A DNA stretch of 64,000 nt from Bacteroidales bacterium (GTDB lineage Bacteria > Bacteroidota > Bacteroidia > Bacteroidales > Bacteroidaceae). The first letter of the stretch is position 1; the number at the start of each line of letters is the position of its first letter. Positions 29,879 to 39,743 of the stretch are shown here, piece by piece. The notes beneath the pieces were generated by a model. The model was given only the letters and a program-made list of their open reading frames with translations. It ran no database searches and had not been told where the DNA came from. The translations under genes were made by a program, and so were the position numbers. The stretch covers positions 801 through 64,800 of the forward strand of contig SFCY01000001.1 in assembly GCA_004558865.1 (NCBI GenBank), in the 5' to 3' direction.

Positions 29879-30796
29879 TTGGAACCTTTTCGTGTACATA
29901 TTCTCGGTTGCGGGAGCGCGCTTCCAACCCTCCGCCATTTTGCCTCCTCGCAGATCATAGAAATGCGCGGCAAGTGCTTCATGGTGGACTGTGGGGAGGG
30001 AACCCAGATTTCCTTGCGCCGCTCCCGTCTGCGTTTCACCAAGCTGCAGGCAGTGTTCATCAGCCATCTGCACGGCGACCACTGCTTCGGCCTCATTGGG
30101 ATGGTCAGCACTTTCGGCATGTTGGGCAGGGTGGCTCCGTTGGACATCTATGCGCCAGCCGCATTGGAGCCATTGCTTCGCACCCAATTGGAGATGTTCT
30201 GCCCCGGACTGGGGTATGAAGTGGTGTTTCATGCCGTGGACACAACCGCGTCGCGAATCATCTTCGAGGACAAGAGCATGACGGTGACTTCGATTCCCCT
30301 CGACCACAGGGTGCCCTGCTGTGGCTTCCTGTTCCGAGAGAAACCCGGCAGGAGGCATGTGCTCCGCGACATGATAGACTGCTACGAGATACCCATCAGC
30401 CAGATTGACAACATCAAGAATGGCTTCGACTGGACAACGCCCGACGGGGAGGTTGTGCCTAACGCTCGGCTGACGACAGCCCCCGACCGCACGCGCGCCT
30501 ACGCCTATTGCAGCGACACCCGATATATGCCCAAACTCCATGAGGCTGTGGAGGGAGTGGACCTGCTCTATCACGAGAGCACCTACACCGAGGCATGCGC
30601 CGACAGGGCGCGGCTCTATTACCATTCCACCGCCCGTCAAGCTGCCACAGTGGCCCGCGCGGCTCATGTGGGAAAACTTCTCTTGGGCCATTACAGCGCC
30701 CGGTATGAGGACGAGCAGGGCTTGTTGAGAGAAGCCCGCGAGGTGTTTCCCGAGTCCTATTTGTCCACCGAAGGCCTCACCGTGAGTGTGAAATAG
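29879..30796 (+). CDS. rnz: Ribonuclease Z
   Basis: LGCGSALP, DCGEGTQ, HLHGDH, HEST, GHYSARY. Confidence 0.95.
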   Translation: MEPFRVHILGCGSALPTLRHFASSQIIEMRGKCFMVDCGEGTQISLRRSRLRFTKLQAVFISHLHGDHCFGLIGMVSTFGMLGRVAPLDIYAPAALEPLLRTQLEMFCPGLGYEVVFHAVDTTASRIIFEDKSMTVTSIPLDHRVPCCGFLFREKPGRRHVLRDMIDCYEIPISQIDNIKNGFDWTTPDGEVVPNARLTTAPDRTRAYAYCSDTRYMPKLHEAVEGVDLLYHESTYTEACADRARLYYHSTARQAATVARAAHVGKLLLGHYSARYEDEQGLLREAREVFPESYLSTEGLTVSVK

Positions 30797-30924
30797 TTGA
30801 TAATAATCGGCCTAATGGCGGCTTCAATGATAAAAGATGTTAAATGCACAATAAATGGGAGAAGTAAAATTCGAGTTTTATCTTTGAAATGCTTATCTTT
30901 GTAGGGATAAAACGATATTGGAAT

Positions 30925-31236
30925 ATGAAAAGAAAGATATTTACCCTTTTGCTCATTGCAGGAATGATGTTGGCATTGCCTTCGCAGGTGCAGGCCAACA
31001 GTGCCATCGAGATTCTTGAGGAGCAGGATTTCAACGATGTGACCATATCTGTGAGTGAGTCGACACTGCATGTCACAGGAGCTGGTGGACAGGTGCTGTA
31101 CATCTACAATGTGGCGGGCATCTGCGTGAAGACTTTCCGTGTGGACAGTAACGACAAGCGATATGACTTGAACTTGCCAAAGGGGTGCTACATCATCAAG
31201 GTAGGCAAGACTGTCCGTAAAGTTTCCATCCGCTAA
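30925..31236 (+). CDS. Small secreted protein consisting essentially of a T9SS C-terminal sorting domain
   Basis: Signal peptide plus IYNVAG...LPKGCYIIKV...RKVSIR CTD pattern; TATCTTTG at 30894. Confidence 0.7.
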   Translation: MKRKIFTLLLIAGMMLALPSQVQANSAIEILEEQDFNDVTISVSESTLHVTGAGGQVLYIYNVAGICVKTFRVDSNDKRYDLNLPKGCYIIKVGKTVRKVSIR

Positions 31237-31245
31237 GCAGGGGCG

Positions 31246-32808
31246 TTGAAACCAATTCATTACCTTGCTTGCATCCTTTTTATGGCATGCACTTTTGTGT
31301 CATGCCATAAAAAGGCAGTCAATCCTAATGAGAACATCAGTTTGGACGATTTCGCCCAAATGAGTGACGAGCGCTTTGCTCTCAATTCCCGAATTATCCG
31401 TTTGCACATCGACTCTCTTATGAGCCGTGATGATGACTCCTTGGCGGCTGACTACCGCACGCGGAGCTACTATCGCAACAGGGGTCCCTTCCTTTGGATA
31501 GACCGCCATGGAGTGGACGCAAAGGCCGACACGGTGGTGAAGTGGCTCAATACGATTGACAAGGATGGGCTCAGCAAGCGCAAGTTTCGTGTGGCGGCAA
31601 TCGTTCGCGACTTGGCCTTAATGCGTGAATTGAAGGTGGACAGTGGCTTTCACGATGTGAATGCTGTCATGGCACGCATAGAATACAATTTGACAAAGGC
31701 TTATCTGAGGTATTCTTCCGGCCAGCGCTTCGGCTATGTCAATCCCCACCTGCTGTTCAACCGTCTTGACCTGCGCGACAACGACCGGCCCGAGGGTGGG
31801 TTCCGCACGCTCTTCGACGTGAAGACCGATGAGCCTTCACGCGGCTTCTACGCCTTGGCCTTGCGCATGGTTGGGAACGACAGTGTGGGCTTGTTCCTGC
31901 GCGAGGCGCAGCCACGCAACCCCCGCTACCTTGCACTGCGCAGCCTCCTGCAGAAGCGGTTGAGCCAAGAGGAGCGCCAGTTGGTGCTGGTCAACATGGA
32001 GCGGGAGCGGTGGCGGCGAGCCGAGGACCCATCCATGTATGATAAATACGTGATGGTCAACATCCCATCCTTTGCCCTCTATGCCATCGACGGCAGCGAC
32101 ACGCTGGCCATGAGAATCGGCTGTGGCAGTCTGAAGACCAAGACCCCGCTTTTGACGAGTCGTCTGAAGCGGATGGACATCAATCCCAGATGGTATATAC
32201 CGCGGAGCATCGTTGACAAGGATGTGGCACGCCACGCCGGCAACCTCCATTACTTCCAAAACCACCGTTTCGAAGTTTACGACAGAAACACCGGACAGAC
32301 CGTTGCGCCCACGTGGGAGGCCCTGCACTCCACCGACTATTACGTTGTGCAGCGTGGCGGCGAGGGCAACGCCTTGGGCAGGATCATCTTCCGTTTCGAC
32401 AACAATTTTGCGGTCTATCTCCACCATACCTCCACTACCGATGTATTCGACCGTGCCGACCGCGACGTTTCGCATGGCTGTGTGAGAGTGGAGCGGCCAT
32501 ACGCATTGGCGGCCTTTCTTTTGGGCAAGGGACATGAGGACGACCTGCGCCGCATCAGCTATTCCATGACGGCAGACATCAGTCCCTTGGGAAAAGACAA
32601 GAAGGAACTTACAGACGACGAGCAGCAGATCCTTGACACGCTTCAGCGCGACTTGTTGGTCAACTCGGTGAAGGTGAGTCCGTCCATTCCGCTTTTCATC
32701 ACTTACAACACTTTCCTGCCTTTGGCGGGCGGACGCTTTATGCCATGCAGAGACGTGTATGGTTATGACGCGGTGCTCTTGCGCGAGCTCAAGCAGATAA
32801 TCGATTGA
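31246..32808 (+). CDS. L,D-transpeptidase family lipoprotein (YcbB/LdtD-like)
   Basis: Lipobox FVSC; NMERERW, VNIPSF, YLHHT...SHGCVRV catalytic motif; DVYGYD. Confidence 0.88.
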   Translation: MKPIHYLACILFMACTFVSCHKKAVNPNENISLDDFAQMSDERFALNSRIIRLHIDSLMSRDDDSLAADYRTRSYYRNRGPFLWIDRHGVDAKADTVVKWLNTIDKDGLSKRKFRVAAIVRDLALMRELKVDSGFHDVNAVMARIEYNLTKAYLRYSSGQRFGYVNPHLLFNRLDLRDNDRPEGGFRTLFDVKTDEPSRGFYALALRMVGNDSVGLFLREAQPRNPRYLALRSLLQKRLSQEERQLVLVNMERERWRRAEDPSMYDKYVMVNIPSFALYAIDGSDTLAMRIGCGSLKTKTPLLTSRLKRMDINPRWYIPRSIVDKDVARHAGNLHYFQNHRFEVYDRNTGQTVAPTWEALHSTDYYVVQRGGEGNALGRIIFRFDNNFAVYLHHTSTTDVFDRADRDVSHGCVRVERPYALAAFLLGKGHEDDLRRISYSMTADISPLGKDKKELTDDEQQILDTLQRDLLVNSVKVSPSIPLFITYNTFLPLAGGRFMPCRDVYGYDAVLLRELKQIID

Positions 32809-32810
32809 AG

Positions 32811-33350
32811 ATGACCGACGAAGAATTGTTGGACCTGCTGCGTAATCCTCAGTCTCGCCGAAAGGGCTTCGACTTGATGGTGCGACAATATGGCGAACAG
32901 CTGTATTGGAAAATCCGTCATGTCGTGATAAGCCATGAGGATGCCGACGACATCCTACAGAACACATTCCTGAAAGCTTGGGTCAACTTCGATTCCTTTG
33001 AGTTCCGCTCTAAGCTCTCTTCCTGGCTTTTCCGTATTGCCATCAACGAGAGTTTGGATTTTCTGCGCCGGCAAAGTACGGCCGCCAAGGTGAGGGGCGT
33101 CGACAACGGCCAGATGGCCGAGAGGCTGATGGCCGACGAATGGTTTGACGGCGACCTGACCCAAGCGAGGCTCCAGCAGGCCGTGTCCCAACTGCCCGAT
33201 GTCCAACGTACCATCTTCACCCTCCGTTATTTCAACGATATGAAATATAAGGATATAGCCCAGGCCTTAGGACGGAGCGAGGGAGCAATAAAGGCATCAT
33301 ACCATATTGCTGTGCAGAAGATAACAGCTTTTTTCCATCAGTTTGATTAA
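32811..33350 (+). CDS. ECF RNA polymerase sigma-70 factor
   Basis: DADDILQNTFLKAW, WLFRIAIN, region 4 YKDIAQALGRSEGAIK. Confidence 0.92.
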   Translation: MTDEELLDLLRNPQSRRKGFDLMVRQYGEQLYWKIRHVVISHEDADDILQNTFLKAWVNFDSFEFRSKLSSWLFRIAINESLDFLRRQSTAAKVRGVDNGQMAERLMADEWFDGDLTQARLQQAVSQLPDVQRTIFTLRYFNDMKYKDIAQALGRSEGAIKASYHIAVQKITAFFHQFD

Positions 33351-33392
33351 ACCATTATCGGTTTGTCGCGTCATATAACAAAAACAATCATT

Positions 33393-33773
33393 ATGGACGC
33401 AGACGAACTACAGCTTTTTAAAATCGTAGGAAAGAGAGAATGCTTCCGTGTGCCGGAGGGCTACTTCTCCCAGCTCGCAGAGCGAGTGGGAGACAGGCTT
33501 CTGCAGGCCCCAATGCCACGTCGCTCTTTCCGTTTGCAATTGCGACGCCACCGCATACTCGCCGCTGCCACCGTGGCCGCAGTGGTGGCCCTGACCTCTG
33601 CTTTGTGGTTCGGCAGCCATTTGGCATCGCGGCAAGAGCAGGTGTCCATGTCTCCCTCCACTCCAGCCGTGGGCCACGAGAGCCACAGTGACCACTTGCT
33701 TGATGAGTGTGCTGACTTTGCCATGCTCGACAATGACGACATCTATTCCTATCTTGATGAGAATGAAAGGTAA
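33393..33773 (+). CDS. Putative anti-sigma factor (single TM)
   Basis: F.VPEGYF motif, one TM segment, directly downstream of the ECF sigma. Confidence 0.65.
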   Translation: MDADELQLFKIVGKRECFRVPEGYFSQLAERVGDRLLQAPMPRRSFRLQLRRHRILAAATVAAVVALTSALWFGSHLASRQEQVSMSPSTPAVGHESHSDHLLDECADFAMLDNDDIYSYLDENER

Positions 33774-34197
33774 AAAGATTATATTGACCCTTGGTCTGCT
33801 GTTGCTCTCGGTAGTCGGTTGGTCCCAGAGTCTAAACTGCGACTTCAATCCGATACAGTTCGAGAGGGAATTGGAGAATTACATAGAGCAGACCGTTAGG
33901 CTCTCCCCTTCGGAGAGTGCCAAGTTTTTCCCACTCTATGAGGAGATGCGGGCCAAGCAACGTGTCTACTTCCAGCGCGACAAGCAGACCCGCTATGTGA
34001 ATCCCAACGACTCCAAAGCCTGTGAGCGGGCTGTCAGGCAGCACGACGAGAACGAGTTGCAGCTGAAGCGCATCCAGCAGACCTACCATAACAAGTTCTT
34101 GAAAATCCTCCCCGCCAACAAGGTGTATCAGATCATCAAAGCCGAGAAGGAGTTCCACAAAAAGAAGTTCCGCCGTGCGGTCAGGGGGAGGAGGTGA
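33757..34197 (+). CDS. Periplasmic helical protein (Spy/CpxP-like)
   Basis: Signal peptide; LS..E..KFFPLY..M and ILPA.KV motifs. Confidence 0.55.
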   Translation: MRMKGKKIILTLGLLLLSVVGWSQSLNCDFNPIQFERELENYIEQTVRLSPSESAKFFPLYEEMRAKQRVYFQRDKQTRYVNPNDSKACERAVRQHDENELQLKRIQQTYHNKFLKILPANKVYQIIKAEKEFHKKKFRRAVRGRR

Positions 34198-34202
34198 ATC
34201 GC

Positions 34203-34937
34203 ATGCAACGCTACTTCATACATTTGAGTTACGACGGAACGCGTTACCACGGATGGCAAGTGCAGCCCAATGGCATCTCTGTGCAGGAAGTGCTGCAGAA
34301 GAGCCTCTCCACATTGCTTCGCCAAGGGATAGAGGTAGTGGGCGCAGGGCGCACCGATGCGGGAGTGCACGCTCGGATGATGGTTGCCCATTTCGATTGT
34401 GGCCAGCCCTCATTGGATTGTGGGCAGTTGGCCTACCGTCTCAATAGGATTCTCCCGCAGGACATTGCCGTCTATCGCGTTGAGCCCGTTGCCGCCGATA
34501 AGCATGCACGTTTCTCGGCCACGTCGCGGACTTACCATTATTATATACACACATACAAGAACCCCTTTGAGCGTCTCTATTCGTGTCCTTTGGGTTATCA
34601 GCTCGACTTTGGCCTGATGAACGAGGCGGCCGAGTGGCTTTGCGGTGTGGAGGACTTCAAGGCTTTCTGCAAGGCTGGTGCCGACGTGAAGACCACGCTC
34701 TGCCATGTGACGCAGGCACGATGGGTGAGGACCTCCGACACGACATGGTATTTTGAGATTACGGCCAACCGTTTTCTCCGCAATATGGTACGCGCGGTGG
34801 TAGGCACGTTGGTGGATTTGGGCCGGGGGAAAATCAGCATGGAAGAATTCAAGAAGATTGTATTAAGCGGAACGCGCAGCGATGCCGGCGAGAGCATGCC
34901 CGGCAATGCGTTGTTCTTAGAGGACATCCAATATTAG
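34203..34937 (+). CDS. truA: tRNA pseudouridine(38-40) synthase
   Basis: YDGTRYHGWQ, GRTDAGVHA, FLRNMVR. Confidence 0.97.
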   Translation: MQRYFIHLSYDGTRYHGWQVQPNGISVQEVLQKSLSTLLRQGIEVVGAGRTDAGVHARMMVAHFDCGQPSLDCGQLAYRLNRILPQDIAVYRVEPVAADKHARFSATSRTYHYYIHTYKNPFERLYSCPLGYQLDFGLMNEAAEWLCGVEDFKAFCKAGADVKTTLCHVTQARWVRTSDTTWYFEITANRFLRNMVRAVVGTLVDLGRGKISMEEFKKIVLSGTRSDAGESMPGNALFLEDIQY

Positions 34938-34941
34938 CTTT

Positions 34942-35859
34942 ATGTGGCTTGTTTTGGCATTTCTTTCAGCAGCCTTGTTGGGCTGCTACGATTCGTTCAA
35001 GAAAAAGGCACTCTCGGGCAATGCCGTCATACCCGTCTTGTTTCTCAACACACTCATCTGTACATTGATATTCCTGCCCCTTATCATGCTGTCGTCGACA
35101 ACCCATCTGCTCGATGGCAGCACTTTCTATGTCCCGCAGGGTGGATGGGAGGTGCAGAAGTACATCGTTTTGAAGAGTTGCATCGTTCTTTCCTCATGGA
35201 TATTCGGCTATTTCGCCATGAAGCACTTGCCGCTCACCTTGGTGGGCCCCATCAACGCCACACGCCCGGTGATGGTGCTTGTGGGCGCGATGCTTGTATT
35301 TGGCGAGCGTCTCAACGTATGGCAGTGGATTGGCGTGCTGTTGGCCGTAGTGTCGTTCTTCCTCTTGAGCAGAAGCGGCAGGAAGGAGGGCATCAACTTC
35401 GTCCACAACCGTTGGATAGCCTTTTTGGTCTTGGCCGCTCTATTGGGTGCTGTGAGTGGACTCTACGACAAGTTCCTTATGGCATCGCCCGATGATGGAG
35501 GGGCGGGCCTCAACCGGATGACCGTGCAGAGTTGGTACAATGTCTATCAGATGCTGATGATGGGCCTCATGCTCCTCTTGCTATGGTATCCTTTGAGGAA
35601 AAAGTCCACCCCCTTTCGGTGGAATTGGTCCATTGTGGGCATCAGCCTGTTTCTGAGTGCGGCCGACTTTGTCTATTTCTATGCCCTGAGCCTTCCCGGA
35701 GCCATGATTTCCATCGTGAGCATGATACGGCGCGGAAGCGTGATAGTAAGTTTCCTCTTTGGAGCCTTGATGTTTCGAGAGAAGAATCTCAAGGCCAAGG
35801 CTTTCGACCTTTTCCTCGTCTTGTTGGGCATGGTCTTCCTTTACATTGGGTCACGCTGA
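34942..35859 (+). CDS. DMT/EamA family transporter
   Basis: About 10 TM segments in two repeats. Confidence 0.85.
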   Translation: MWLVLAFLSAALLGCYDSFKKKALSGNAVIPVLFLNTLICTLIFLPLIMLSSTTHLLDGSTFYVPQGGWEVQKYIVLKSCIVLSSWIFGYFAMKHLPLTLVGPINATRPVMVLVGAMLVFGERLNVWQWIGVLLAVVSFFLLSRSGRKEGINFVHNRWIAFLVLAALLGAVSGLYDKFLMASPDDGGAGLNRMTVQSWYNVYQMLMMGLMLLLLWYPLRKKSTPFRWNWSIVGISLFLSAADFVYFYALSLPGAMISIVSMIRRGSVIVSFLFGALMFREKNLKAKAFDLFLVLLGMVFLYIGSR

Positions 35860-35995
35860 CCCGTTTGCCCCGCGGACAAGGCCGTCCCGTTTGGCTCGCA
35901 GGGAAGTTGGAAGGCATTGGCAAAATATTGTTGATTATTCTTTGCGCATTGACAGAAAACTCGTATCTTTGCAATGTTAACAATAACGGGATTTT

Positions 35996-36883
35996 ATGGC
36001 ACAGAACATATTCAAAGGTTTGGGCATCGCCTTGATTACTCCCTTCAAGGCCGATGGCTCTGTCGATTATGACTCGCTGGAGCGTTTGTTGAATTATCAG
36101 ATAGACAATGGCGCGGACTTTCTCTGCATTCTTGCCACAACGGGTGAGACTCCCTGTCTCTCACGTGAGGAGAAAAACAGCATCACAGACTTGGTGAAGC
36201 GTGTGGTGAGAGGCCGTATACCCATCTTGAAATATTGTGGAGGAAACAACACCGCCCTGGTGCTCGAAGAGATGCGCAACTCCGACTGGTCGGGCATCGA
36301 TGGCATTCTGAGTATATGTCCTTATTACAACAAGCCCTCACAGGAGGGGCTTTACCAGCACTTCAAGGCCATAGCCAAGGAAAGTCCGTTGCCCCTTGTA
36401 CTCTACAACGTTCCGGGGCGAACAGGAGTGAACATGAAGGCGGAGACCACCGTGCGACTTGCCAAGGACTTCCCTAATATTGTTGGCGTGAAAGAGGCCA
36501 GCGGAAGTCTGGAGCAGGTGGATGAGATCATCAAGAACAAGCCCGACAACTTCAATGTCATCAGCGGCGACGACGCGCTCACCTTCTCCATGGTGGCGAG
36601 TGGCGCTGTGGGAGTAATCTCTGTCATCGGCAACGCACTCCCAGCCCAATTCTCCAAGATGATTCGTTTGGAGTTCAACGGCGAATATGATGCCGCCCGA
36701 AAGATTCACCATTGCTTCACGGAACTCTACAAGCTGCTGTTTGTCGACGGCAACCCCGCCGGTGTGAAGGCCCTGCTCAACGACATGGGGATGATAGAGA
36801 ACGTGCTGCGTCTGCCGTTGGTCCCAACGACCATTACAACCAAGCAAAAAATGGCGGACATTCTCAAGGAACTCAACTTCTGA
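35996..36883 (+). CDS. dapA: 4-hydroxy-tetrahydrodipicolinate synthase
   Basis: TTGE, PYYNKPSQEG, YNVPGRT, KEASG. Confidence 0.97.
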   Translation: MAQNIFKGLGIALITPFKADGSVDYDSLERLLNYQIDNGADFLCILATTGETPCLSREEKNSITDLVKRVVRGRIPILKYCGGNNTALVLEEMRNSDWSGIDGILSICPYYNKPSQEGLYQHFKAIAKESPLPLVLYNVPGRTGVNMKAETTVRLAKDFPNIVGVKEASGSLEQVDEIIKNKPDNFNVISGDDALTFSMVASGAVGVISVIGNALPAQFSKMIRLEFNGEYDAARKIHHCFTELYKLLFVDGNPAGVKALLNDMGMIENVLRLPLVPTTITTKQKMADILKELNF

Positions 36884-36911
36884 CCAACAGGAAAATATGA
36901 TAGTCGTATGG

Positions 36912-36952
36912 AAAATGCCTGGCTCTCAACGATTGAGCGCCAGGCATTTTTT
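36912..36952 (+). terminator. Intrinsic terminator of dapA
   Basis: AAAATGCCTGGC...GCCAGGCATTTTTTT. Confidence 0.8.
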
Positions 36953-37048
36953 TGTTTGGGCGCGGCCGGGGAGGATGGAGGAACGTCAGACTGTAGTCTG
37001 ACGCACGTGACGAGTCGGATGACGGAGGCGAAAGGGAGGGCTTAGGGC

Positions 37049-37088
37049 GCACGACGGACGATGGGCTGATGCACGACGGACGATGGGC
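37049..37088. repeat. 18-bp direct repeat with 22-bp period (GCACGACGGACGATGGGC)
   Basis: Copies start at 37049 and 37071. Confidence 0.75.
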
Positions 37089-37238
37089 GGGGGCTCGGGA
37101 CGTGACGGGCAACAAAGCGGAAAAGCTTCATTTTTGTCGAATCAGATGAATAATGTAGTCAAATCGTAGGAATTTATGATGTTTTGTAAACTATGACAGA
37201 GTTTTTTTGTAACTTTGCATAGTCTAAAATATGAATCA

Positions 37239-38414
37239 ATGAGAAAGCAAACACAAGCTATTCATGTACCTTACAAGCGCAAGGATGCCTACGACGCACT
37301 GAGCATGCCAGTCTACAATGCCGTAGCCTATGAGTTCAAGGATGCCAAGACCATGAGCGACGCTTTCTGCGGCCGCATCGACGCACCCGACTATTCACGG
37401 GTGGAGAATCCCACCGTCGGCAACTTTGAGGAAAGGGTGAAGACCCTCACCGGAGCCAAGAGCGTGACCGCCGTCAACTCCGGCATGGCCGCCATCAGCA
37501 ACACATTGTTCGCCCTGACCTGCCAAGGCAAGAACATCGTCACTTCTAAGCATCTCTTTGGAAATTCTTTCTCTTTCATCACGGAGACCTTGGGACGCTT
37601 CGGTGTGGAGGCACGACTCTGCGACCTGACCAATTTGTCTGAAGTGGAGGAGAATGTTGATGGAAATACTGCCTGCATCTTCTTGGAGATTGTCACCAAT
37701 CCACAGATGGAGGTGGCCGATCTTGGCGCATTGGCCGAACTGGCCCACAGAAAGCATACCTTCTTGGTAGCCGACACCACGGTGATTCCGTTCACGCAGT
37801 TCTCTTCAAAAAATCTTGGCGTGGACATAGAGGTGGTCAGCTCAACCAAATACATCAGTGGAGGAGCCACATCCTTGGGTGGCCTGGTCATCGACTATGG
37901 CACAAATCCGGCTTTCGGACCGAGGATGAAGGGAGAGATGCTCTTCAATCTTGGCGCCTACATGACTCCACAGGTCGCATTCATGCAGACCATGGGCCTC
38001 GAAACCCTCGACGCCCGTTACAGGGTTCAATCCAGCAACGCGTTGGAGTTGGCCAGACGGCTCACGGGCCTGCCCCAAATCAAACGTGTGAATTACGTTG
38101 GGCTTGAGGACAATCCATTCCACGAGCTGGCCCGTCGGCAGTTCGGCCCCACGGCAGGAGCCATGATCTGCATCGACCTGGACTCCCAGGACTCGTGCTT
38201 CCGTTTTATCGACCATCTACAGCTCATCCACCGCGCCACCAACTTGTTTGACAACCGCTCGCTTGCCATCCATCCCGCCAGTACCATCTTCGGCCTTTTC
38301 ACTCCTGAGATGAAAAGGAAGATGGACGTTCTCGACACAACCGTGCGTCTGTCTGTCGGGCTGGAGAGTGTGGACGACTTATTCGAGGACATTGAACAAT
38401 CCCTGCGGCAATGA
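37239..38414 (+). CDS. Cys/Met metabolism PLP-dependent enzyme (O-acetylhomoserine sulfhydrylase-like)
   Basis: YSRVENPT, SGMAAI, SSTKYISG (PLP lysine), IHPAST, RLSVGLE. Confidence 0.88.
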   Translation: MRKQTQAIHVPYKRKDAYDALSMPVYNAVAYEFKDAKTMSDAFCGRIDAPDYSRVENPTVGNFEERVKTLTGAKSVTAVNSGMAAISNTLFALTCQGKNIVTSKHLFGNSFSFITETLGRFGVEARLCDLTNLSEVEENVDGNTACIFLEIVTNPQMEVADLGALAELAHRKHTFLVADTTVIPFTQFSSKNLGVDIEVVSSTKYISGGATSLGGLVIDYGTNPAFGPRMKGEMLFNLGAYMTPQVAFMQTMGLETLDARYRVQSSNALELARRLTGLPQIKRVNYVGLEDNPFHELARRQFGPTAGAMICIDLDSQDSCFRFIDHLQLIHRATNLFDNRSLAIHPASTIFGLFTPEMKRKMDVLDTTVRLSVGLESVDDLFEDIEQSLRQ

Positions 38415-39595
38415 GAAAATACGATTTCGATACCGTCATCGACCGTAGCGGATCGGGCGACTTGATGCATGAGGCGCTCCAGCCCCGCTGGGGGCGCATC
38501 GACCTGTTGCCGCTGTGGGTGGCCGACATGGATTTCCCCGTGTGTCCCGACATTGTTGAGGCCATGCGGCATCGGCTTGACCATCCCATCTTCGGCTATA
38601 CCGTAGAGCCGGTTGATTATTTCCCGTGCATCCACGACTGGCTGCAGAGCCACCATGGATGGGAAATCAGGCGCGAGTGGCTGAGCTTCATCCCGGGAAT
38701 CGTAAAAGGCATTGGCATGGTGGTCAACATCTTCGTCAAGCCCGACGAGAAAGTTATCGTCATGCCGCCCGTCTATCATCCCTTCTTCCTCACGTCGCGG
38801 GCCAATGGGCGTGAGGTGGTGTGGAATCCGCTGCTGAGAAGAGCCGATGGCTACTACGACATCGACTTCGACAATTTGGAGCAGGTCTGCGATGACAAGT
38901 GCCGTATGCTCATCCTGTGCAATCCCCACAACCCGGGTGGCGTTTGCTGGGACAAGGAGACGTTGGCCCGGCTGGCCCACTTCTGTTGTCAGCGCCACCT
39001 GCTTGTGGTCAGCGATGAGATCCATTGTGACCTCGCCCTGTTTGGCCACAAGTATCTGCCCTTTGCCAGCGTGTCGGACGAGGCTGCCCAGTGCAGCATC
39101 ACCTTCCAGGCTCCATCAAAGACTTTCAACATAGCCGGTATCGTGGCCAGCCATGCCATAGTGCCCAATCCCGACATCAGGAAGAGGTTCTTCTCCTGGC
39201 TGAAGGCCAACGAATTGAACGAGGCCCATATCTTCGCCCACATCGCCACCATCGCCGCCTTTCGCAAGGGCGAGGAGTGGCGGCGGCAGATGCTCGACTA
39301 TGTGGAGGGCAACGTTAGGTTTGTGGAGGACTATTGCAGGGAGAACATGCCCAAGATTCGTCCACTTCGCCCGCAGGCCTCATTCTTGGTTTGGCTCAAC
39401 TGCCGCGATCTGCAGCTCACCCATGCCGGGCTTCTCGACTTCTTCATCGACAAGGCCCATCTGGCGCTCAACGACGGTGAGATGTTCGGCCCCGGCGGCG
39501 AGGGCTTCATGCGGTTGAACGTGGGCGAGCCACGGGTCATCGTGAAGCAGGGGATGGACCAATTGGCCCAAGCCTACAGGCAGCTTGGCTTCTGA
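38411..39595 (+). CDS. MalY/PatB family C-S lyase
   Basis: LWVADMDF, CNPHNPGG, SDEIH, SKTFN. Confidence 0.92.
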   Translation: MRKYDFDTVIDRSGSGDLMHEALQPRWGRIDLLPLWVADMDFPVCPDIVEAMRHRLDHPIFGYTVEPVDYFPCIHDWLQSHHGWEIRREWLSFIPGIVKGIGMVVNIFVKPDEKVIVMPPVYHPFFLTSRANGREVVWNPLLRRADGYYDIDFDNLEQVCDDKCRMLILCNPHNPGGVCWDKETLARLAHFCCQRHLLVVSDEIHCDLALFGHKYLPFASVSDEAAQCSITFQAPSKTFNIAGIVASHAIVPNPDIRKRFFSWLKANELNEAHIFAHIATIAAFRKGEEWRRQMLDYVEGNVRFVEDYCRENMPKIRPLRPQASFLVWLNCRDLQLTHAGLLDFFIDKAHLALNDGEMFGPGGEGFMRLNVGEPRVIVKQGMDQLAQAYRQLGF

Positions 39596-39624
39596 GACCT
39601 CACCATACGTATGTGGACGCCCAG

Positions 39625-39672
39625 CAACCATAAAGGTACACCTCCCCATCGGGAAGTGTACCTTTATGGTTG
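39625..39672. terminator. Bidirectional hairpin between convergent malY-like gene and uvrA
   Basis: CAACCATAAAGGTACAC/GTGTACCTTTATGGTTG inverted repeat. Confidence 0.75.
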
Positions 39673-39743
39673 TTGTGTGTCAATGACCTAATAGGATTGG
39701 ACAATGCAAAGATTTCAAGAGTATGGCCGAATGGCTTCTGCCT

